This document shows, piece after piece, positions 1 through 6,855 of a DNA stretch of 64,000 nt. The notes under the pieces were generated by a model, which was given only the letters and a program-made list of their open reading frames with translations, made no database searches and was not told the origin of the DNA. This DNA comes from Oligoflexia bacterium (GTDB lineage: Bacteria; Bdellovibrionota; Bdellovibrionia; JABDDW01), in NCBI GenBank assembly GCA_023250675.1, contig JAHFAE010000003.1, forward strand, positions 4,311 through 68,310, written 5' to 3'. The translations under genes and the position numbers were made by a program. Every line of letters starts with the position of its first letter. Within the stretch, counting starts at the first letter, position 1.

Positions 1-2
1 CC

Positions 3-422
3 TACCTTGGGCATTCTGGATTAGATAAAAATCTAGATCTTGTACGGCTCGCCATGTTGAGTAGCGAAAATCCCAATCGACCTGATCCCATTAAGTTTAA
101 AAAGTCTTATCAAGTTGCATTTTTTGATAGTTGCTGCAGTTACAAGTACTTTTCAGATCAATTTTTATTGGCCAAATACAAACAGCATCCAGATCCCATG
201 GTCAATCGCGTGTTAAGTGAGATTGGGAAAATGGAAGTCATAACCTACGGAGTTTCGGTTCCCTGGGGTACACATAATCGCGAAGCCTACGCTTTATTAG
301 ATCCCTTCGTGAATTTTGGTAAATCAACTCCTAACGAATTAAAGCTTCTCGATGTGCTTAGAACTATAGAGCTGCGACAAAACAAATGCACTTACCTCAT
401 CAATTCTGCGTTTATCAAGTAA
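3..422 (+). CDS. 5'-partial hypothetical protein, possibly caspase/gingipain-like (His-Cys dyad)
   Basis: The frame is open from base 3 (YLGHSGLDKNL...) into the 54..422 ORF. The GHSGL...YQVAFFDSC spacing resembles clan CD peptidase-like motifs. Confidence 0.45.
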   Translation, partial: YLGHSGLDKNLDLVRLAMLSSENPNRPDPIKFKKSYQVAFFDSCCSYKYFSDQFLLAKYKQHPDPMVNRVLSEIGKMEVITYGVSVPWGTHNREAYALLDPFVNFGKSTPNELKLLDVLRTIELRQNKCTYLINSAFIK

Positions 423-433
423 TACTTGACCTT

Positions 434-862
434 TCAGATCGCTATAATAATTGAACCGGCGACGATGAGTAATCCCCCCAATAAAACTTTAAGACTTATA
501 GACTCCCCTAAGAATAAAAAAGCCAAAATCATTGCAAGGGGCACACTGAGTTTGTCTACAGGAATCACTTTAGAAGCCGGGCCCAATTGTAGGGCGCGGT
601 AATAACATAGCCACGAAAATCCTGTGGCGATTCCCGATACTACTAAAAAAATGAGACCACGGCTGGAGATTTCAGAAAGTGGTCGCCATTGATTTTTGAT
701 TGAGACGACGATTACTGTAAGCCCGAGAATGACTACGGTTCGAATTAAAGTGGCCAGATTTGAAGGAACTGACTCCACACCGATTTTTCCAAATAAAGCG
801 GTTAGCGCCGCGAATACGGCCGAACCAAGAGCAAAAAACAGCCAAGAAGTAAAAAACATCAT
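434..862 (-). CDS. EamA/DMT family small transporter
   Basis: Hydrophobic ORF with ALFGKIG, SWLCYYRALQLGPASKVIPVDKLS and FLGE motifs. The ATG at 862 follows a purine-rich RBS. Confidence 0.85.
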   Translation of the reverse strand: MMFFTSWLFFALGSAVFAALTALFGKIGVESVPSNLATLIRTVVILGLTVIVVSIKNQWRPLSEISSRGLIFLVVSGIATGFSWLCYYRALQLGPASKVIPVDKLSVPLAMILAFLFLGESISLKVLLGGLLIVAGSIIIAI

Positions 863-1024
863 TTGATTACCTTTCCCTTTGAACACCATTATCTCTATAA
901 ACCGTTGATTTCATAGCCACTTATATTAGTTTTACGTCTAAAACCTTTACGGCACAGGGAAATATCAAGTTATCTAGCCTAACGTCCGAATATGAGTATG
1001 GAATTACCCGACCGCGGAGGGCAT

Positions 1025-2347
1025 ATGAAGTCTCACGTTTTAGTGCTGATCGGAATCGCTTTTGTTTTAGCTGGATGCGGCCAAGCCCCTTTAAAAGAAT
1101 ATCCAGAGACAACTACTGCCGATGCAAGAAGGCTCACTTCAGAAATCGCAACTGGAGCTGCCCAACATTTAGATGTTCTAGCCCCTGAAGAGTTTGTTCA
1201 AGCAAAGAAATTATCTGAAAAAGTAGATGCCGCCATTATAGATGGCGATGACGAAAATGAGATCTTAAGTATTATCGCTCAAAGTCGTGCGGTTTTGAAG
1301 AGTGCTTATACAATCGGCAAATCCAGACGTCCCGCCGTTGACGGCATTATTAGAATTCGACAAATGGCCATGGAGGCTGGAGTAAGAAACTATCCCAAAT
1401 TTGGTTCAGATTTAAATCATGTTGACGACGATCTTCGTGATCAAGTTCATCATCTTGACGATTTGTCGCTAAAGGATTTTTCAAAAATCCAAGGTAAGTA
1501 TATGGATTTAGAATTGGCAACTTTAAAGGCGAACAACTTAGATCATATCATTAAGGCCATAGAAACCGCAAAAGACGAACACAAAGCAAAAAAAGTAGCA
1601 CCCAAATCTCTGAAGACTGCGGAGTTTGATCTTCAAAATGCTGAAAATATGATCGCCGCAAGCCGAGGTAGGCCTGAAACCTACAGGGCTTCAGTTGAAA
1701 AAGCTCGTTATAGTTCTCAGCTTCTAACTGATGTTATCATGGTGGCTACAAAAGGTGAAAATCGGTTAGACGAAGATACGGCACTAAATATTGTATATCA
1801 AAACCGAAGGATTTCGTCACTTCAGACAAACCTAACTGCAGCTAATACCAAAAATAAAACTTTAGATCAAAAAATGACAGTGGCTAACGCAACCTACAAA
1901 CTTCAAAAATCTATCGAAGCGGCCCGACACAGTTTCACTAAGCAAGAAGCCGAAGTTTACCAACAAGGTGATCGGGTACTTATTCGATTGAAGGCAATGA
2001 ATTTTTCAAGTGGTCATGCTGAGCTGCCAGCCTCTTCTTTTACTTTATTGAATAGAGTCAAAAAAGTGGCTATAGATCTGGGATTTCAACACATGATCAT
2101 CGAAGGTCATACCGATTCCGCTGGAAAGTCTGAATCCAATGACCAGCTTTCTCAGTCTCGCGCCGAAGCAGTGGCCCATTATTTTGAGTCAAACGGAGTT
2201 GATGGAGACAAGATTCAGGCTGTGGGATTTGGATTTAAAAAACCAATCGCAAGCAACAAGACGTCTATTGGTAGGTCTCAAAATAGAAGAGTCGATATTA
2301 TTATCACGCCCAATGGCGCTCAAAGAGAAACCGCATCAGAAAAATAA
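1025..2347 (+). CDS. OmpA/MotB C-terminal domain lipoprotein with coiled-coil N-terminus
   Basis: Lipobox LAGC; C-terminal IEGHTDS...NDQLSQSRAEAV...NRRVDI motif; GGAGG before the ATG at 1025. Confidence 0.85.
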   Translation: MKSHVLVLIGIAFVLAGCGQAPLKEYPETTTADARRLTSEIATGAAQHLDVLAPEEFVQAKKLSEKVDAAIIDGDDENEILSIIAQSRAVLKSAYTIGKSRRPAVDGIIRIRQMAMEAGVRNYPKFGSDLNHVDDDLRDQVHHLDDLSLKDFSKIQGKYMDLELATLKANNLDHIIKAIETAKDEHKAKKVAPKSLKTAEFDLQNAENMIAASRGRPETYRASVEKARYSSQLLTDVIMVATKGENRLDEDTALNIVYQNRRISSLQTNLTAANTKNKTLDQKMTVANATYKLQKSIEAARHSFTKQEAEVYQQGDRVLIRLKAMNFSSGHAELPASSFTLLNRVKKVAIDLGFQHMIIEGHTDSAGKSESNDQLSQSRAEAVAHYFESNGVDGDKIQAVGFGFKKPIASNKTSIGRSQNRRVDIIITPNGAQRETASEK

Positions 2348-2396
2348 TTTATTTCTTGCAAGAAATTTAACTATTGATTTTTTGATGGAAGAACCG

Positions 2397-2427
2397 TGGT
2401 GCCCAAGAGCAACAAGTAGACGAACTG
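2397..2427. repeat. Left attachment site: core TGGTGCC plus element-derived arm ending in CGAACTG
   Basis: The core is identical to the tRNA 3' end at 8471-8477. CGAACTG (2421-2427) is the reverse complement of CAGTTCG (8450-8456). Confidence 0.75.
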
Positions 2428-2628
2428 AATTCTGGCGTCAACTGCGATTTAAGAACCTCTGGGAGTTTTGTCATTCTGGTCTTCGAGCTCGAAGCCTATC
2501 CTGAGCCAAAGAACCTCACTGCAAGTCAATTAAGAGGGCTCATAAAGAAATTTGGAAGTAGTACAAAGGCCGCCGTTGCCATTGGAGCTTGCGAGGCCTT
2601 TGTGCGCCAAAAAGCCAAACCTAAGTAA
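2398..2628 (+). other. Start-less reading frame encoding an HTH-like tail (alternative C-terminus of the recombinase after excision)
   Basis: Open frame GAQEQQVDELNSG...NLTASQLRGLIKKFGSSTKAAVAIGACEAFVRQKAKPK*. It is preceded in frame by TGA at 2383-2385, has no ATG, and is in the same phase at the core as recombinase codons G541-A542. Confidence 0.7.
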
Positions 2629-2640
2629 TTTTCAATTAAT

Positions 2641-3102
2641 CTAGCAGGACTCCAAAACCTCTTGGAGAAACTCATTCACATGGGGCCACTTGTCATCGTC
2701 AATTCTCTCAATGGTTTCTCTATCTCCATCATAGACATGCTTGTGATGAAACTTATGGTGATCGGGTAAGTTGGACTTTACGTCCCCATGGGGACTGCAA
2801 TATCGAAATAACTTTGAGCCTCCAGGGATAGAGGCGCTGTAGGTATAATCATATGTGCGTGCTCTAGGCCGCTTTTTATTTGACGGATCTATTTCTACAT
2901 TTTTCCTAATATCAACTCTGATTGAATTTCCTTTTGTCGTTCGGATTACAATATTTTCTGCTCTTAAAATTAAAAAGAAGGGCGTGAGTTTCCTATGAAT
3001 ATAAGTCTTAACCGTAACCATATGTTTTGAGTATTGGCGCAGCACACGATCATGCACAGAGAGATAATTCTCCAGGGTATTCCAATCATGTTTGAGTTTC
3101 AT
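2641..3102 (-). CDS. DUF6516/TumE-like toxin
   Basis: YDYTYSA...LFRYCSPH...HHKFHHKH resembles the DUF6516 Y.Y...FRYD..H...HHKH pattern; ATGA overlap with the upstream small gene. Confidence 0.55.
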   Translation of the reverse strand: MKLKHDWNTLENYLSVHDRVLRQYSKHMVTVKTYIHRKLTPFFLILRAENIVIRTTKGNSIRVDIRKNVEIDPSNKKRPRARTYDYTYSASIPGGSKLFRYCSPHGDVKSNLPDHHKFHHKHVYDGDRETIERIDDDKWPHVNEFLQEVLESC

Positions 3103-3368
3103 TTTTTTAGAAATGCGACTTGTCTGGCTAGCATGAGGGCATCAAGGTGATCTTCGTTGAAATTTTTTGAGGTCTCTGCCTTTTCTAAAAGGGCTTCTAC
3201 AGAAAGATCATTTTTTGAAGCTAGAATTTCGAGTTCCATAGTTAGAGCCTTGAGGGCTTCTTCCTTGGAAGAATAAAGAGGTACACTCTTCATTACTTCG
3301 TCGAAAAGCTGATTATCTTTTGCAGAATCATCCTTTGTTTTACGTTTTGTTTTCTCAAGGTCTGCCAT
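3099..3368 (-). CDS. TumA-like antitoxin
   Basis: 89 aa charged helical ORF coupled upstream of the toxin-like gene; GGAGG RBS; ELEILASKNDLSVEALL loosely resembles the TumA pattern. Confidence 0.5.
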   Translation of the reverse strand: MADLEKTKRKTKDDSAKDNQLFDEVMKSVPLYSSKEEALKALTMELEILASKNDLSVEALLEKAETSKNFNEDHLDALMLARQVAFLKK

Positions 3369-3701
3369 AAGGCCTCCAGTAGAGATATAATAACATAGGT
3401 TTGCGCCAAATCGTTAGTCGAAAATAGCTTTGTTTACGTATAGTTACAACTTTATCCAAACGGTTTTCTTTACTGCCATTTATCCAATTTTTGTTTTTCG
3501 TGACCGTCAAAGGCTGCGGTCAATTCTGATTCCGCACTCCTGCAAACCTGTCTGTGCCAGAAACTACCCTGTCACAGGGTTTGCCTTACGGGTCGTGCGG
3601 GAATTGCCCTTCGCTTTGACTCTCCCATCCATCTCGCCGCTTGTCTTTTGTGAAAGCGGGCTCGATAGAGGGAGTCCCGAAAAACAAAAGGAGGATTTGA
3701 A

Positions 3702-3908
3702 ATGGGAATTGATAAAATAATTGAAATTGCAGTTGGGTTGACACTCATTGCGGCCGCCACGGGGCAATTGCCCAAAGTGGTGAGGCAAGTTCAAATGGCT
3801 CAACTCCGCCTACTTCAAGATTCTAAGACGTCGACATGGGGTCATCTTATGATTATTGATTCCAAGCAAAATTCTCGAAAGGTTTACATTGTTGATCCCC
3901 AAGAGTAG
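3702..3908 (+). CDS. Small hypothetical protein with N-terminal hydrophobic helix
   Basis: Strong RBS AAAGGAGG before the ATG; 68 aa; IIEIAVGLTLIAAATG. Confidence 0.7.
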   Translation: MGIDKIIEIAVGLTLIAAATGQLPKVVRQVQMAQLRLLQDSKTSTWGHLMIIDSKQNSRKVYIVDPQE

Positions 3909-3986
3909 ACGGGGATCACATCTTCCCAACTCATTAGCCCAAAATTAAATCATCAGGGTAGTGTCAGATGATCAGCTGACATAACA

Positions 3987-5081
3987 TTAGATGCCCTCAG
4001 GAATCGTCTGAATCAGACTATCTATATTATATTGCCAATCTTCTGATTGAAACAATTTTTCAAGAGCCTGCTGGAATGATGAACCTAATGAAATCTGGGT
4101 TATGAGTAATTTCAATGCTCCAGTCTTATAGTATGCGTCATCATAATTATTTGGCCCCAAACCTACCGCGCAATATTTTAAAATATCTGAGCTGCTCATA
4201 ACACCCAAAAGATTTAGAGTGCTAAGCGCCATATATTCGGCAAAACCTTCAACCATTTCTCCAATAGCCTCCTCTTTAACACACTCTTTACTTTCCGGCG
4301 TTCCATTATAGGCGTTAACCATCTGATACCGCTTGTTCCGCGTTTTAAAGTAATCTTTGATAAGCTGAGTATTATTGTTGGCGGTAAAGGGATTCGATAA
4401 ATTTTTAAATATTTTAAGCAGTATGAGAGATTCTTCATCAAATAAATTTGAAACTTCTTTAGTGACGGAATAGCATTTATTAATTTTCATGGGCTTATGC
4501 CCATATGCCCAGAGCGGCCAAATTTTTCTTTCGCCGAGGTCTGGTCCGCTTTGACCAAATTGATGAAAACCCTCATGAATTAGCATAAAAATAAGAAGCA
4601 TATTTGATTTGATAAATTGTTTAAAAAACGAATCTTTCGTTTTTTCAGCCAGGCCTTTAAAAAATTCAGGCTGAATATTAAAAAGCATGATTTGAGGTTC
4701 ATTCTGTCCCACTTCTTTGGTGAGGTTTTGAGAAAGAAAATTTGAGAAAGTTTCTATGTTGCCTCGCGCTACGCTCATAAAATCATACAAACCATTTTCG
4801 GGAGGAAGTACTGATTTTAAGTAAGAGGGGCCATAAGATCTGCCGCTTTTTAGCATCAATATACACTGGGGATTCACAATCGGGTCAATTAGTGCAATTG
4901 GGAAGGCCGATAAATGGTATCCGTTTATGATTGGAGCAGTTTTAGCTTCTTTGTCTAAAAATTCTTGAATTTGGATCTTCACTGAATGGTCACGAAGAAA
5001 AGAACAATCATCGTCTATCAAGGCCTGACCACTTGCACCTGTCGAAATTATTAACAATATGAAAATAAATACAATCTTCAT
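3987..5081 (-). CDS. Secreted HExxH (zincin-like) putative metallopeptidase
   Basis: Signal peptide MKIVFIFILLIISTGASG (ATG 5081, AGGGAG RBS); HEGFH plus a downstream EGFAEY gluzincin-type motif. Confidence 0.6.
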   Translation of the reverse strand: MKIVFIFILLIISTGASGQALIDDDCSFLRDHSVKIQIQEFLDKEAKTAPIINGYHLSAFPIALIDPIVNPQCILMLKSGRSYGPSYLKSVLPPENGLYDFMSVARGNIETFSNFLSQNLTKEVGQNEPQIMLFNIQPEFFKGLAEKTKDSFFKQFIKSNMLLIFMLIHEGFHQFGQSGPDLGERKIWPLWAYGHKPMKINKCYSVTKEVSNLFDEESLILLKIFKNLSNPFTANNNTQLIKDYFKTRNKRYQMVNAYNGTPESKECVKEEAIGEMVEGFAEYMALSTLNLLGVMSSSDILKYCAVGLGPNNYDDAYYKTGALKLLITQISLGSSFQQALEKLFQSEDWQYNIDSLIQTIPEGI

Positions 5082-5130
5082 AAACTCCCTTTGGTCAGAG
5101 AAACAATTATCTTGGCAATGCACCGTCAGT

Positions 5131-5146
5131 TGCGACATATGTGCCA
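5131..5146 (-). promoter_or_regulatory. Putative sigma54 -24/-12 promoter
   Basis: Minus strand TGGCACATATGTCGCA (GG-N10-GC), 50 bp upstream of the ATG at 5081. Confidence 0.45.
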
Positions 5147-5642
5147 AAAAGAAATCAAATTAAACGACCCAGTGACCTACTAAGCTAGGAAGACCTGGAA
5201 ATGGTTCCTGGGTCGCGGCCGGGTGAGCGCCCTTTCTTGATAATGTGACCCTTGAATGAGGTTAGCTTAGCTTTCTACGGTGTTTCGGGATCGTCAAAAA
5301 GAATTCCGAATCACCGTATTCGGTTTTCCGGAATGGCACGGGAACCCGTAAAACATTAAGTCGTCGAATCTGCGTCTGTTTTTAGAAATCATTACGGTAT
5401 TCCGTAAAATATTGCATTCTCTTAACTTTGATTTTGCAGGTCTTTTCTCATTTTTCTCTATTAATCACATGCATTTAAATCTATTGGCATGATCTTCAAA
5501 AATTCTTGCAATTTAAAAAGGTGAGGAGGAGAGGTGTTTTTTAGATCAATGAATCCTCTCCCAGGATTACCGACGCATTTACGTCGGTTTATTTGAAAAG
5601 TGAAACTTCGATGGACCATTTTTCGAGCCCCCAGAAAGCGAG

Positions 5643-6437
5643 GTGCTTATATTAAGATTTTCTGTTCGTGAAAAACATATTCTAAATTCATTAAATAAAT
5701 ATTCGATTCTTTCAAGTCACGAGCTTTACCAACGTTGCTTTAATGGAGTGTCCCACACCTTCATGATGAAGACTTTGAGGGACCTCATTACGAAAGGGAT
5801 GATCTATCGTGTAAAGGGCCGCTACAACGAGGCTCATTCGTTTGCGCTCACCTGCCGTGGTGCCAAAGGCTTAGGGTTTAACCTTCCACTCTCAAGAGTC
5901 TATTGGCAGACCAGGTACCATGACTTGGCAGTTAATAGAGTGCGCTTTATTTTTGAGGATCTTGGCCTTGGGGAAAAGTTTATTTCAATGAGGGATCTAA
6001 GACTTAAAAAAAATGATTCGATTTTAGAAGCCTTAGGGAATGTAAGAGGGAGTGATGGGGTATTTTTCATTCCATCAGAAGGCGGTAATGAAGTTGTTGT
6101 CATGGAAGTGGAAGTTGCTCAAAAAAAACCATTTGAACACAGACGAATTCTTTCAAAATTCAAAGACAATTCCCAAGTTGGTATCGTTCTCTGCTTTTTA
6201 GCAAGCCCTGCCGAGTATCTAACAGCGTTAACCGAATGGCGAAATTTTGAAAAGAGTAGGTCAACAAAACTTTATGTCGTGCACTTAGGAGAGTTCTTAA
6301 AATTCTCCGGCGATGCGAGGGTAAGAACTCTAAGGGGCATCTTACCTTTCCATAAGGCATTCAATTTAAGAAATTGGGTATCAAAGGTAAAGGAAAATGA
6401 AATTGACCAGAAACTCCTTTGGTCACCGTCATTTTGA
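5643..6437 (+). CDS. Replication-relaxation (Replic_Relax-like) protein: wHTH plus PD-(D/E)xK-type domain
   Basis: N-terminal wHTH (REKHIL...LRDLITKGMI...FALT), followed by YHDLAV, SDG and MEVE motifs typical of this family. Confidence 0.65.
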   Translation: MLILRFSVREKHILNSLNKYSILSSHELYQRCFNGVSHTFMMKTLRDLITKGMIYRVKGRYNEAHSFALTCRGAKGLGFNLPLSRVYWQTRYHDLAVNRVRFIFEDLGLGEKFISMRDLRLKKNDSILEALGNVRGSDGVFFIPSEGGNEVVVMEVEVAQKKPFEHRRILSKFKDNSQVGIVLCFLASPAEYLTALTEWRNFEKSRSTKLYVVHLGEFLKFSGDARVRTLRGILPFHKAFNLRNWVSKVKENEIDQKLLWSPSF

Positions 6438-6517
6438 CCGTCCTGGCGACGGTCATGGGTGAACCGTGAAAAATGTGTTCTTACAGAAGTTAAGCCAGTC
6501 GGAACACGAAGGAATAT

Positions 6518-6626
6518 TGATCCCGCAATTTATAAAAGAGTCGCCCTTGACGCCCGTGACCACTCCCCCCCAACCATAGGTGGGAAGTAGTCACGGCCTG
6601 GGCTCAAAAGTTAGATTGCGGGATCA
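6518..6626. repeat. Nested inverted repeats (candidate origin or structured element)
   Basis: TGATCCCGCAAT (6518-6529) pairs with ATTGCGGGATCA (6615-6626). Inner CCGTGACCACTCCCC (6554-6568) pairs with GGGAAGTAGTCACGG (6582-6596). Confidence 0.7.
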
Positions 6627-6681
6627 GAGAAATGAAAAATCATGGATGAATTTATAAGTTGTTTTATTTTTAGAGGTGTTG

Positions 6682-6855
6682 ATGAAGTTAGATGAAATGA
6701 CGATTGAAACAGTTCAAGTTAAGATCTTAAATGATGACTACGAAAAGAAATTGACAAATTTAGTAAAAATACTTTTGGAAATTGGAGAGACAACCAATTC
6801 AAGACAGGCTAATAAGGATGAGTCAAAACCGTCTGAAAATTTGGAGGCCGCATGA
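6682..6855 (+). CDS. 57 aa hypothetical protein translationally coupled to the recombinase (RDF candidate)
   Basis: Not in the ORF track. MKLDEMTIETVQVKIL...ENLEAA*; AGAGGTG RBS; its TGA overlaps the recombinase ATG (ATGA). Confidence 0.65.
   Translation: MKLDEMTIETVQVKILNDDYEKKLTNLVKILLEIGETTNSRQANKDESKPSENLEAA

Noticed and set aside
2139..2504. 121 aa ORF crossing the left att site
   Set aside because: It overlaps ompA out of frame, has no motifs, and is in a different frame from the HTH-like tail.
3430..3803. Overlapping ORFs 3430-3720, 3564-3803 and 3572-3775
   Set aside because: No RBS or motifs; better explained as a structured non-coding region plus the 3702 gene.
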